From an uncultured Chloroflexia bacterium (lineage in GTDB: Bacteria; Chloroflexota; Limnocylindria; Limnocylindrales; CSP1-4), in NCBI GenBank assembly GCA_963789725.1, contig CAWBLU010000001.1, positions 709,549 through 773,548 on the forward strand: a stretch of DNA of 64,000 nucleotides, written 5' to 3'. This document shows, in pieces, positions 27,871-37,735 of this stretch. The notes below the pieces were generated by a model. The model saw only the letters and a list, made by a program, of their open reading frames with translations. It did no database searches and had not been told where the DNA came from. The translations under genes were made by a program, and so were the position numbers. Positions within the stretch are counted from its first letter, which is position 1; each line of letters begins with the position of its first letter.

Positions 27871-29762
27871 GAGCCGACCAACCCCTTGAAGTAACGGTTG
27901 GCCAGCGCCCACGAGGCCTTGCCGCACTCGGAGCCGACCCGGCGTCCGATGAAGTCGTCAGCCTGGACGTGGATGCCGCCCCAGAGCCGGGACTGGCCGG
28001 CCTGGTCGGAAGCGTCGTAGTAGGTCGCCCACTCGAGTCGGATATCGGTGGTGGGCCCAACCTCGAACTTGAGCGAGCCCGCCTTGATGGTGTAGCCGCT
28101 GACGCCGCCAGGGAAGTACTCGCTGCCGGTGAATCCCGTCAATGCCTCAGCGCCGGCCCGGCTGAATGTGCTGTGGCCCGAGAAGTAGCCCGGGAACGAC
28201 GGCGTCACGAATGTCGGCAGCTGGTAGGGGACCCACGTCGTCGCAAGGATCCACTTGACGCCGCCGATCTCCGTCTTCGGGTTGGGGGGGTTGCCGGCCC
28301 AGGCTCGGATGGCGATCTCGCCGATGTGGCCGGCCAGGGCCTCATGCCTCTGTCCGGGCGCGCTGGACTCGGGCGTAACGACCTCGATGAGGCCGGGCAC
28401 CAGCGTCAGGCCGTCCTTGTTGTACGAGGGCCCGTTCGGCTCGTTCGACTGGCCCAGGCCGCCCATGTAACGGATCCACTCGATCGGCCGCCCGCCGTCG
28501 TAGTAGCCCTTGGCTCCCCAGGCCGCTATGGCGGCATCGTGCACCGCCCCGTTGATGGTGAGGTAAAGCTTGACGTCCCATTGCAGCCGGTCGACCACCG
28601 GGCCGGTCCCGCCAACGCGCAGATCCGGGTCGAGCTCGTCGGAAACCAGGTTGGCCAGCACGTTCCAGTGCCCGGGAGGCGTCTCCGAGTTAGGGCCGTC
28701 GGCCCAGAATTCGGCCATGATGCGGCCGAAGTCGCCCTGCTTGACGATATTCGGCGGGTAGGGCTGGCCCGTGACGGGGTTGACCGCGCGGCCCGTTCCA
28801 TCGTTGGTGCCGAGCGAGTTATTGCCGAGCGACCCGGGCGAGATGTCCATGGTCAGGCCGTCGGTCGGATCGAGCATGCTGCTGTCCTTGATGACCTGGA
28901 CGACGTCGGCCTTGAACTGCGCGTCCGTGGCGGGGTCTCCCAGTCGGGGCTGCGGGCCCGGATCGAGCGGCGGAGCGCCGCCGCTGCCGGCCGGAGGCAG
29001 GCCGAAGCTCGCGACATGGCCCCACTGCGGGCCGACATTCTGCTGAACGCCGTTGGTCACCGGTATGCCGTTCTGGGAAATCATGTGCAGGATCTGGAGC
29101 GGCTGCCAGTGGTTGGGGTCGACCAGGGTCGTTCCGGGCTGGGCCACGACCAGCGGCGGATTGACGGACACGTAGCCCGTCGCGGCGTAGCCGCCCGCCT
29201 CGTTGGATCCGTCCGTCTTGCCGTAGTCGAGCACGGTCCTGGCAATCCGGTTGCCGAGAGCGGCCGGCGTGTCGCCCTGCGTGGCCGTGAAGTTCAACGG
29301 ATAACACAGCGAGTCCATCACGTCATCGAACTCGGAAAGCGACTTGTCCGCGCCGACGGACTTGATGAAACGGGCCGTCAGCACGCGATATGCGGCGTAG
29401 CTGATCGCTTCGTTCCTGGCCGCGGCTACGTCCGGGGCGGTATCCTTCTCCTTCACGAGGTAACCGGACGCCTGCGGATCGTACGCGGCCCAGGCATCCC
29501 ACATGGCGACGGACATGTGGAGGAGGTTGCGGGCATGGACCGGCGGGTTGGGCAGAGCACGCCGAATCGCGTCGAGCAGGGCTTCGTCCCACCTGCGGGC
29601 CACGGACCACTCGGGGTGGACGGCCGGAGGCGCGCACGTAGGAGTCGGGCTCGGGCCGGTCCACGGCTTGACGACAGCCAGCCCGCCCGCGGCGACCGCC
29701 GCTACGATCAGGACAGCGCCGACGGCCGCGGCGACCTTAGCTTTAGAACGCCTCGCTCCCAT
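27867..29762 (-). CDS. PAP2-superfamily protein resembling vanadium-dependent haloperoxidase / acid phosphatase, N-terminally anchored
   Basis: All three PAP2 motifs are present: KGYYDGGRP (KX6RP), PGYFSGHST (PSGH) and SRLWGGIHVQADD (SRX5HX3D). 631 aa with an N-terminal transmembrane helix. Confidence 0.7.
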   Translation of the reverse strand: MGARRSKAKVAAAVGAVLIVAAVAAGGLAVVKPWTGPSPTPTCAPPAVHPEWSVARRWDEALLDAIRRALPNPPVHARNLLHMSVAMWDAWAAYDPQASGYLVKEKDTAPDVAAARNEAISYAAYRVLTARFIKSVGADKSLSEFDDVMDSLCYPLNFTATQGDTPAALGNRIARTVLDYGKTDGSNEAGGYAATGYVSVNPPLVVAQPGTTLVDPNHWQPLQILHMISQNGIPVTNGVQQNVGPQWGHVASFGLPPAGSGGAPPLDPGPQPRLGDPATDAQFKADVVQVIKDSSMLDPTDGLTMDISPGSLGNNSLGTNDGTGRAVNPVTGQPYPPNIVKQGDFGRIMAEFWADGPNSETPPGHWNVLANLVSDELDPDLRVGGTGPVVDRLQWDVKLYLTINGAVHDAAIAAWGAKGYYDGGRPIEWIRYMGGLGQSNEPNGPSYNKDGLTLVPGLIEVVTPESSAPGQRHEALAGHIGEIAIRAWAGNPPNPKTEIGGVKWILATTWVPYQLPTFVTPSFPGYFSGHSTFSRAGAEALTGFTGSEYFPGGVSGYTIKAGSLKFEVGPTTDIRLEWATYYDASDQAGQSRLWGGIHVQADDFIGRRVGSECGKASWALANRYFKGLVGS

Positions 29763-29940
29763 CTCTCTCCACCAGGCGGCCGGGCGCTCCCGGTTCGGTC
29801 AGCCCGCTCGTCGCCCCGGTCCCACCCCGGCGACTACCGCAGACGCATCCAGCGAGACTCCTTGCTGGAAAGCTCCGTGCGGAGAATAAAGTCTGCTCAT
29901 GACAAGGGTGTTGACACGACCGCCTCGTATGTAAGAGGCT

Positions 29941-29974
29941 ATCACAAACGTTTGCAAGATAACGTTTGCATAAC
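29941..29974. promoter_or_regulatory. Two adjacent LacI-type operator palindromes (tcacaaacgtttgcaag / gataacgtttgcataac)
   Basis: caaacgtttg is a perfect 10-bp palindrome, with a second aacgtttgca copy 17 bp on. Both sit in an AT-rich island about 300 bp upstream of the sugar ABC operon (30281-33761), whose LacI gene lies just downstream. TTGACA at 29910 is nearby. Confidence 0.45.
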
Positions 29975-30280
29975 AAACCCGGTCACTCGGCCGCGACGGG
30001 CCGGACCAAGGTGTGAGACTCCTCGGCGGGGCTGCCGTCGTCGCGACCCTTGCACCTGAGAATTGGTTCGGACCAGCCCTGGTCCACCGGACAAGTCTCG
30101 CCGCCCAGCGAGGACCCGGGAGAGGTCGCAAACAACCAGCACCTATGTCGATCGATCGCTTCCCAGAGATCGAGAGTGATAGGAGGATGTCCAGCCCAAA
30201 TCGGACCCAGACCCGGTGATTTCCGGAGCTACCGGTAACCCGGGAGAACGAGTGGAAACTTCCAGAGGAGGAAGGACCCT

Positions 30281-31429
30281 ATGATCGGTCACCGCAAAGC
30301 TGCGGCATTTATCGCGATTACCGCGATCGTCGCGTCGGCTTGCTCAAGCGCAGCCGCGACCCCGACCGAAGCCCCGGTAACGGCGGCTCCCGTCACGGAA
30401 GCTCCCGTAACGGCCGCCCCGGCCACCCCCACCGCGAGTCCGTGCGTAGTTGGCGTCTCCTGGAACAACTACGCCGAAGAGCGCTGGGCCAAGTGGGACG
30501 AGCCGGCAATCAAGGACGCGCTCACCAAGGCCGGTGCAACCTACATCTCGAACGACGCGAAGTCGTCCGCTGACAACCAGCTGTCGAACGTCGACGCGCT
30601 GATCAACCAGGGCGCCAAGGTCCTGATCATCCTGGCCCAGGACGGCACGGCCATCAAGCCGGCCGTTACCAAGGCTCTCGCGGCCGGCATCCCGGTCATC
30701 GCCTATGACCGCCTGATCGAAGATCCGGGCGCGTTCTATATCACGTTCGACAACGTCCTCGTCGGTAAGCTCCAGGCCGAGGCACTGCTCAAGGTCAAGA
30801 GCGCCGGCAACTTCGTCGTCATCAAGGGCAACAAGGCCGATGCCAACGCAGACTTCCTGCGCTCGGGCATGGTCCAGGCTGGCCTCCCGGACGTCGGCGC
30901 GACCGACCCGGCCGGCAAGCTCGTGAACGTCGGCGAGACCTACACCGACAACTGGGATCCGGCCAACGCCCAGAACGAAATGGCCCAGCTCCTTACCAAG
31001 AACAACAACAAGATCGACATCGCCTTCGTTGAGAACGACGGCATGGCCGGTGGCGTCATCGCCGCCCTGAAGTCTCAGGGTCTTGCCGGTAAGGTTCCGG
31101 TTTCCGGCCAGGACGGCGACGCAGCCGCCCTCAACCGCATCGCCCTCGGAACCCAGACCGTTGACGTCTGGAAGGACGCCCGCCTGCTCGGCAACGCGGC
31201 CGGCGAGGCCGCCGCGCAGCTGTGCGCCGGCACCACGATGGACAAGATCACCACGGCGCAGGGCGCTTCCGCCATCTTCAAGACCCCGGGCGGCAACAGC
31301 GTCAACTCGATCCTCATCACCCCGCAGGCGATCACCAAGGACAACCTCCAGGTCGTCCTCGACGCCAAGTGGATCGACCAGGCCACGCTCTGCAAGGACG
31401 TGACCGCCGGATCCGTCAAGGGCTGCTAA
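30281..31429 (+). CDS. Sugar ABC transporter substrate-binding lipoprotein (periplasmic-binding-protein type I, XylF/RbsB-like)
   Basis: Lipobox ASAC and an APVT-rich linker; VGVSWNNYAEERWAKWDE...IPVIAYDRLI...VSGQDGD. Confidence 0.85.
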   Translation: MIGHRKAAAFIAITAIVASACSSAAATPTEAPVTAAPVTEAPVTAAPATPTASPCVVGVSWNNYAEERWAKWDEPAIKDALTKAGATYISNDAKSSADNQLSNVDALINQGAKVLIILAQDGTAIKPAVTKALAAGIPVIAYDRLIEDPGAFYITFDNVLVGKLQAEALLKVKSAGNFVVIKGNKADANADFLRSGMVQAGLPDVGATDPAGKLVNVGETYTDNWDPANAQNEMAQLLTKNNNKIDIAFVENDGMAGGVIAALKSQGLAGKVPVSGQDGDAAALNRIALGTQTVDVWKDARLLGNAAGEAAAQLCAGTTMDKITTAQGASAIFKTPGGNSVNSILITPQAITKDNLQVVLDAKWIDQATLCKDVTAGSVKGC

Positions 31430-31544
31430 CAGCTCTCGACATCTAACGGCAATCGACGCGCCCTGCACCCGGGAATCCGCGGTGCAGGGCGCGTAACATT
31501 ACGGTGAAGGGTGTCTTGATCCCAGGTCAATCGAGAGGCTGACG

Positions 31545-32924
31545 ATGACTCAGGTTGCGGGCGAAGTACGGGCTCCGGCGCCACCTCAGCCGGCGTGGAG
31601 GCGGGCGACGGGACCGCTGCAGGTCGTTTTCCGGAGGCTAAGGTCCGGTGCTCGGACGATGGAGATCGACTTCCGGCTGACCGGCATGATCCTGGCCCTG
31701 GTTGCCATCTGGCTGGGCTTCGGCTATGCGTCGGACGGCCAGTTCCTGACGCCGCGCAACCTTTACGACGTCTCCGTCCAGAGCGTGCCGGTGGCGATCA
31801 TGGCCACGGGCATGGTCCTCATCATCGTTTCACGGAACATCGACCTTTCGGTCGGCTCGGTCATGGGTCTGACGGCCTACATGGCCGCGATGACGCAGCG
31901 TATCTGGCTGACCGAGAACCTGCATCTCGCCTATGGCTCGTGGGAGATCTGGATCGCCGCCCTCCTGGCCGCGATTGTTGTGGGTGCTGTGGTCGGAGCC
32001 ATCCAGGGCGGCCTGATCGCCTACATTGGGATCCCGTCGTTCATCGTCACTCTGGGCGGCTGGTTCATATGGCGCGCCATCATCTTCAAGATCCAGCAGG
32101 GCCAGACGATCGCCCCCATGGACAAGAACTTCGCCATCCTCGGCGGGAACCTTTCCAGCGGCAGCGCAATCAGCGATGTCGGCGGCGCGATCGGATTCTG
32201 GCCGACCTGGATTGTCGCCATATTGATCTGCGCGGGGATCGCGTATGCGCTGATCAGCAGCAGTAACAAGCGCCGGCAGTACGGATTCCCCGTCCGGCCG
32301 CGGTGGGCCCTGGCTGTATTGATAGTGGTCGGCTGGGCAACCGTTTTGTACTTTGCCTGGGTCCTCAACAACTATCCGCTGCCGCCCGGACTCGCCACCC
32401 AGTACGCCACGGCGCACAGCATCACCGAGCCGGCCGGCGGCCTGATCATTCCTGTCGGCCTTGCCACACCGGTCTTGATTCTGCTGGGCATAGGGCTCGT
32501 AATGGGGTACCTGGCGACCCGACGCCCCTTCGGCCGCTACGTTTTCGCGATCGGCGGTAACCCCGAAGCGGTCACCCTGGCCGGTATCAACACGAAGCGA
32601 ATCATCCTCGGCACGTTCGTGCTGATGGGCATACTCTGCGCCATCGCCGCGTGCGTTCAGGCGTCCCGGCTCGACGCCGGCGTGACCAGCACCGGAACCG
32701 GATACGAGCTGCTCGTGATCGCCGCGGCTGTCATCGGCGGAACGTCGTTCTCCGGCGGCATCGGCACGATCCAGGGCGCCATCCTGGGGGCGGTGCTCAT
32801 GCAGTCGCTCAAGGCCGGCATGGTCACCGTCGGCCTCGATTCACCGATGCAAGACGTCGCGATCGGTTCGGTCCTGGTGTTCGTGGTCGGCCTCGACACC
32901 GTCCTTCAGCGGCGTTCCAAGTAG
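31545..32924 (+). CDS. Sugar ABC transporter permease (XylH/RbsC-type, BPD_transp_2)
   Basis: Ten hydrophobic helices. The start may be ATG 31659 (MEIDFRLTGMILALV) rather than 31545. Confidence 0.8.
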   Translation: MTQVAGEVRAPAPPQPAWRRATGPLQVVFRRLRSGARTMEIDFRLTGMILALVAIWLGFGYASDGQFLTPRNLYDVSVQSVPVAIMATGMVLIIVSRNIDLSVGSVMGLTAYMAAMTQRIWLTENLHLAYGSWEIWIAALLAAIVVGAVVGAIQGGLIAYIGIPSFIVTLGGWFIWRAIIFKIQQGQTIAPMDKNFAILGGNLSSGSAISDVGGAIGFWPTWIVAILICAGIAYALISSSNKRRQYGFPVRPRWALAVLIVVGWATVLYFAWVLNNYPLPPGLATQYATAHSITEPAGGLIIPVGLATPVLILLGIGLVMGYLATRRPFGRYVFAIGGNPEAVTLAGINTKRIILGTFVLMGILCAIAACVQASRLDAGVTSTGTGYELLVIAAAVIGGTSFSGGIGTIQGAILGAVLMQSLKAGMVTVGLDSPMQDVAIGSVLVFVVGLDTVLQRRSK

Positions 32925-32939
32925 GCCAGGAGCAAGAAG

Positions 32940-33761
32940 ATGAGCATCGCACCCACCCCCGAGCCCAAGCTCGCAGCGCCGGTCGCGGACGCGCCCATGG
33001 TCGAGCTGCGCAACATCAGCGTGGCGTTCGGCGGCGTTCACGCGGTCCAGAACGTCACCGTTGATCTCCGTCAGGGAGAGGTCGTCGGCCTGGTCGGCGG
33101 CAACGGCGCCGGCAAGACGACGCTGATCCGGACCCTCTCGGGGGCCCGCCCGCCCGATTCCGGCGAGGTCCTGATCGACGGCCGGCCCGTCTCGATACCG
33201 AACCCGCGCGTGGCCAAGGCCCTGGGCATCGAGACGATCTATCAGAACCTGGCTCTGGCCGAGAACGTGGACGCGCCTGCCAACTTCTTCCTCGGACGGG
33301 AGCTCAAGACTCGGACGGGGTCGCTCAACGACGCGGCCATGGAATCGGCCACTCGCCAGGTCATCGGGCGCCTGAACCCTCACTTCAAGAACTTCAAGTC
33401 GCCGGTGATGTCACTCTCCGGCGGCCAGCGGCAAGCCATCGCGATCGGCCGCGCCATCCACTTCAACGCCCGCATCCTGATCATGGACGAGCCCACGGCG
33501 GCCCTCGGGCCGGCTGAGACGGCGCAGGTCCGCGACGTGATCAAGCAGTTGAAGTCGGAGGGGATCGGCATCTTCCTGATCAGCCACGACATCCACGATG
33601 TCTTCGACCTGGCGGACCGGATCAGCGTCATGCTGCACGGCCGGCTCGTGGGCACGGTCAACAAGGCCGAAGTCACGACCGACGAGGTGCTGGCGATGAT
33701 CATCATGGGCAAGATGCCGACCGAAGTAACGCAGACTGAACTGGCCCAACTTCACGAGTAG
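32940..33761 (+). CDS. Sugar ABC transporter ATP-binding protein (single ABC domain)
   Basis: Walker [10 protein letters not shown], signature LSGGQRQ and Walker [12 protein letters not shown]. Confidence 0.9.
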   Translation: MSIAPTPEPKLAAPVADAPMVELRNISVAFGGVHAVQNVTVDLRQGEVVGLVGGNGAGKTTLIRTLSGARPPDSGEVLIDGRPVSIPNPRVAKALGIETIYQNLALAENVDAPANFFLGRELKTRTGSLNDAAMESATRQVIGRLNPHFKNFKSPVMSLSGGQRQAIAIGRAIHFNARILIMDEPTAALGPAETAQVRDVIKQLKSEGIGIFLISHDIHDVFDLADRISVMLHGRLVGTVNKAEVTTDEVLAMIIMGKMPTEVTQTELAQLHE

Positions 33762-33941
33762 CCGCTCTTTCCGGCGCGCCGCGGGCATCTGCCGAGGCGG
33801 GACTTGAGCCGGCCGGCAGTCACGGAGAAGCAATTCCCCGTGCCCGTCCCCGGGCCGTGGGCCGGGCCTCTTCTGACAGGGCAAGGACTACCGGTCGGAC
33901 CAAACGCTTGCCTTCATCGTGGTACTTCGGCAGGCGTGCCG

Positions 33942-35177
33942 TTAACCACTGTGGGCCGGCGGTCCGGATGATTCGCGCACGACCAGCGACGGGACAAGCA
34001 GCTGGACGACGGGGGCATCGTCGTCGCCTGCCTTGTCGATCGCCGCGCTGACGCCGACCGCAGCCATCTCGGCTATCGGCATCCGCACGGTCGTCAGGGC
34101 CGGGTTCGCGTACTCGGCCATGGGCAGGTCGTCAAAGCCGACGATCGATACGTCGCCGGGCACACTCATGCCCATCCGGCCGGCGACGTGGAGCGCCCCG
34201 ATGGCCAGCAAGTCGGTCGAGGCGAAGATCGCGGTCGGGCGGACGGGAAGACTCATCAACGCTTCGAAGGCGATGGCGCCGCCGCCGAGGTTGTTCTTGA
34301 TCTCGCACACGTAACCGTCCGGGACCGGCAGATCGGCCGCAGCCATCAGCTCCAGGAACGCCGCTCGCCGCTCTCCGATGTCGCCCAGCAGCAAGCCCTC
34401 GCCGAAGCCGCCGCCGATGAAGGCCAGTCGCTTGTGGCCGAGGCCGAGGAGATGGGCCATCACCTCTTCCACGCCGGCCCTGTTGTCGACGCTGACGGTA
34501 GATATCCCGGGCACGGGCGTGGACCCCTGCCACAGCCCCACGACGTTGATATTCGTGTCCCGCAGATCCCCGAGAAGGCGAGGCTGGTCGCTCGTGTCGC
34601 CGAGAAGGAGGATGGCGTCGCAGTGGCGCGTCTCCAGGACCGCACGCAGGGCAATGGCTTCGTCCGTCTTGCCGTGGGCATGCCCCAGGACGACGTTGTA
34701 GCCACGCCGGTTTGCCTCGGACGAGATCGCGTCGACGGCGCCGGCGAAGAACGGGTCGGTGATCTCCCGGACGATGACGCCGAGGAGCATCGTGCGAGCG
34801 CCCCTCAGGCCCCTGGCCAGGGGGTTCGGGCGGTAGCGCATCTGGCGCGCGACTTCCAGGACCCGCTCGCGAGTGGCCGGGTTGATCGGAACGACAGTCG
34901 GAGCGCCGGTCAGAACCCTGGAAACGGTGCTCTGCGATACGCCGCTCGCCGTGGCGATGTCCTGCATCGTCGGGATCCGCGAGAGACGCGGCGGTGACGC
35001 GGTGTGGCCGCCCGCGGGAACCACCGGAGCGGCACGTCCGTTTGTGGCCGGCTCTTCGCCGGAGCCCTTGGCGGCCGTGGGCCGGGCGCCCCGTCCGTTG
35101 GATTTCGAGCTGCTATCTGACATCAGGCGCCCATGACCAAGTGGTTCGGACTGTTGCCCATGTATCAACCTGCTCAC
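33942..35177 (-). CDS. LacI family transcriptional regulator
   Basis: HTH MQDIATASGVSQSTVSRVLTG plus a periplasmic-binding-protein-like effector domain. The N-terminal extension is uncertain: GTG 35177 overlaps the abfA stop, and alternatives are ATG 35123 or ATG 34967. Confidence 0.8.
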   Translation of the reverse strand: MSRLIHGQQSEPLGHGRLMSDSSSKSNGRGARPTAAKGSGEEPATNGRAAPVVPAGGHTASPPRLSRIPTMQDIATASGVSQSTVSRVLTGAPTVVPINPATRERVLEVARQMRYRPNPLARGLRGARTMLLGVIVREITDPFFAGAVDAISSEANRRGYNVVLGHAHGKTDEAIALRAVLETRHCDAILLLGDTSDQPRLLGDLRDTNINVVGLWQGSTPVPGISTVSVDNRAGVEEVMAHLLGLGHKRLAFIGGGFGEGLLLGDIGERRAAFLELMAAADLPVPDGYVCEIKNNLGGGAIAFEALMSLPVRPTAIFASTDLLAIGALHVAGRMGMSVPGDVSIVGFDDLPMAEYANPALTTVRMPIAEMAAVGVSAAIDKAGDDDAPVVQLLVPSLVVRESSGPPAHSG

Positions 35178-36708
35178 TACTGGGAATACTGAATGGTAGC
35201 TATGGAGTGCGCGGGAATTGCGGTGCTTGAGACGCCACTCGCAACCGACCGCACAGCCAGCGGTCTCGGGGCGACGCGCTGGGGCGACTCAAGCGTATTG
35301 GCGGCGTCGGCGGCGTCGGCCGAAAGGAGGAGGCCGTCCGCTACGCCCGCGGGACCGTGGATCTCGACCTCGACCGACCGGCGGAATTCGCGATTGACGA
35401 CTGTCACCGCCGTACGGCCGTCGCGGACCGAAGCCGTCGCGCTGACCGCGCTTCCACCGGCGGGCAAGGACACGCTCGACGTGATCGTGACCGGCACAGC
35501 GGTCGCGCCTATGTGAGGTCGGTGGAGGGCGAAGGCGTGGTACGTCGGCGTCCTGACGCAGGTCTCTCCGTCTGTGACGAGCACCGACTGGAGGACGTTG
35601 ACGACCTGAGCCAGATTGGCCATCGACAGCACCTCGCACTGCCGGTGGAAGCCCTCGAAGGCGATCGCGACCGCGATCGCGTCGCGGAGGGTGTTGGCCT
35701 GCTCGAAGGTCGGAGGGGATCTGCGCGGCACCTCGCCCGGGCCCCAGGTTCGGGCCTCCGGGTGCCACACGCCGTACTCGTCCAGGGCCACTCCCAGTCG
35801 GCGCCCGGCGGGGGCGAATTGGGCCAGCCGCGCCGCCGTTCGCTTGACCAGGCCCTCAGTGGATGCGGCCTCGTCCAGGAGTGCGTAGTACTCGTCCTCG
35901 CCGAAGCCGGTCTCGGGACCGCCCCTGATCCAGTAGCGGTGGACGGAGAGGTGGTCTATCAGGCCGGCGTTCGGGCTGAGGGCGTCAAGCAGGCGTACGT
36001 TCCAGTCCGGATCCAACATCGATTCGGGCAGCGGCTCGTCCTCCATCCCGACCGCGACCAGCTCGATCCGCGGATCGATATGGCGCAACATCGTGGCGTA
36101 GCGCCTGTACTCATGTGCATATGACGCGGCGTCGTAGCGGCCGCCGCAGTCCCACGTTTCGTTGCCGATGCCCCACAGCCTGACGCCCCAGGCCGCCGCG
36201 TGGCCGTTGGCCGCCCGCAGGCGCGTCAGGGTCGTATCGACGTCGGCGTTGACGTACTCGAGCCAGCCACAGGCTTCCTCGACCGTTCCGGTTCCGACGT
36301 TGACGGCCAGGTACGGCTCCGCCCCGAGCAGTTCGGCCAGGCGCATGAACTCGTGCGTCCCGATGCGGTTGCCGTCCGATTCGAGTTGCCCGCAGGACGT
36401 GTTGAGGGTGGCCGGCCTCGCCTCTGGAGCCCCTATTCCATCGCGCCAGTGGTAGTGGTCCGCATAGCAGCCGCCGGGCCAGCGCAGGAGGGGCACCGGC
36501 AATTCGTTGAGGGCCGCCACGACATCGGTCCGGAAGCCGTCGACGTTCGCTACGCCGCTGCCGTCGCCTGCCCAGAGCCCGCCGTAACAGCATCGGCCCA
36601 GATGTTCGGCGAAGTGGCCGTAGATGCGCGGGGAGATGCGGCCGATCGGCTCATGGCCGATCGTGATGGAGGCTTCTGGCACTTGTGAGGCTCCGGACGG
36701 CGGCATCG
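35177..36708 (-). CDS. Alpha-L-arabinofuranosidase (GH51)
   Basis: IGHEPIGRISPRIYGHFAEHLGRCCYGG...LRWPGGCYADHYHW...GIGNETW are GH51 catalytic-domain blocks. ATG at 36708. Confidence 0.85.
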
Positions 36709-36878
36709 CGGCAGCAACCCGACTCGCTGCATGCAATCGAATGAAGCATACCATTGCAGGGCCGGACTGGAGACCCGAGCAGCTGTGGAAATGTGCGCCC
36801 GGGCTTGCGGCGGTCGGTAGCTTGCGCCATATTCGGCGGGCCGCCATCGCGCCGACAGGCCCGTCGGAGTGATAGTAG

Positions 36879-36908
36879 AGACCGCCGGCGGTTGCCCTCC
36901 GGCGGTCT
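36879..36908 (-). terminator. Putative intrinsic terminator hairpin downstream of pspA
   Basis: agaccgccgg-cggttgccct-ccggcggtct, 10-bp perfect arms, about 50 nt after the pspA stop; a weak T-tract follows. Confidence 0.35.
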
Positions 36909-36954
36909 GATGTTTCGTCTGCGAATCGTTGGGTCGCCGCGTTGCGACCGACCG

Positions 36955-37665
36955 CTACTTTGCCTTGAGAGCCGCGAGACGCGCCTCCACCTCGGCCGAG
37001 TCCTCCTCGCCCTGAAGGGCCGAGAACTGCTCGTCGAGAGAGTTGGCGTTCACCTCGGCCATTCCGCGGGCCATGGCTTCCTGGCGCCGGACCTTCTCCT
37101 CGTACTGGCTCAACTCGCTCGTGGGGTCCATGACCGAGACGTTCTTGAGGGTCTGCTGGACCTGCGTCTGGGCCTTGGCCATCTTGGCGCGAGCGACCAG
37201 TTCGTCGCGCTTTTGGACCAGCTCGTCGCGGCGGACTCGCATCTTTGTGAGGCCGTCCTTGAGCTGGTTGACGAGTTCAGTCTGCTGGGCGATCTGGGTG
37301 TCGAACGTCTTGACCTGGTTCTCAAAGCTGATCTGGCGACCGAGGGCCAGCTTGGCCAGGTTATCGAACTTGTCCGCTCCGGCCCCGTCCCCGGCGGCTC
37401 GCAATTCGTCCGCCTTCTTCGAGGCGGCCGTGGCCTTGCCGCCCCAGTCGTCCGCGGCCGCGCGCGCTTCCTTCTCGTCGTCCTCGACCATGCGCAGGTT
37501 GCCGATGGTCTGGGCGACGGCGTCCTCGGCCTCGGCCATGTTGTTGGTGAAGTCCCGAACGAGCTGGTCCAGCATCTTCGCGGGATCTTCGGCGCCGTCG
37601 ATCAGGGCATTGATGTTCGCCCGGAGCAGTTGACCGACGCGTCCCAGGATCGTTGTCTGAGCCAT
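36955..37665 (-). CDS. pspA: PspA/IM30 family protein (phage-shock protein A-like)
   Basis: MAQTTILGRVGQLLRANINALIDGAEDPAKMLDQLVRD and coiled-coil throughout. 236 aa. Confidence 0.9.
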   Translation of the reverse strand: MAQTTILGRVGQLLRANINALIDGAEDPAKMLDQLVRDFTNNMAEAEDAVAQTIGNLRMVEDDEKEARAAADDWGGKATAASKKADELRAAGDGAGADKFDNLAKLALGRQISFENQVKTFDTQIAQQTELVNQLKDGLTKMRVRRDELVQKRDELVARAKMAKAQTQVQQTLKNVSVMDPTSELSQYEEKVRRQEAMARGMAEVNANSLDEQFSALQGEEDSAEVEARLAALKAK

Positions 37666-37735
37666 GGATTCGATCTCCTTCTCTGTGTCCTATCTCTTGA
37701 CTGCCGAAGTATTGCGAAGGTTCGAACGAGGTCGC

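Noticed and set aside
27969-30059. 696-aa plus-strand ORF; likewise 41817..44138 (773 aa), 59564..61744 (726 aa), 61687..63312 (541 aa), 37664..39199 (511 aa), 25792..27111 (439 aa) and 36754..37938 (394 aa)
   Set aside because: All are antisense to genes with clear family motifs, strongly Arg/Gly/Pro-rich, and carry no motifs. They are typical high-GC shadow ORFs.
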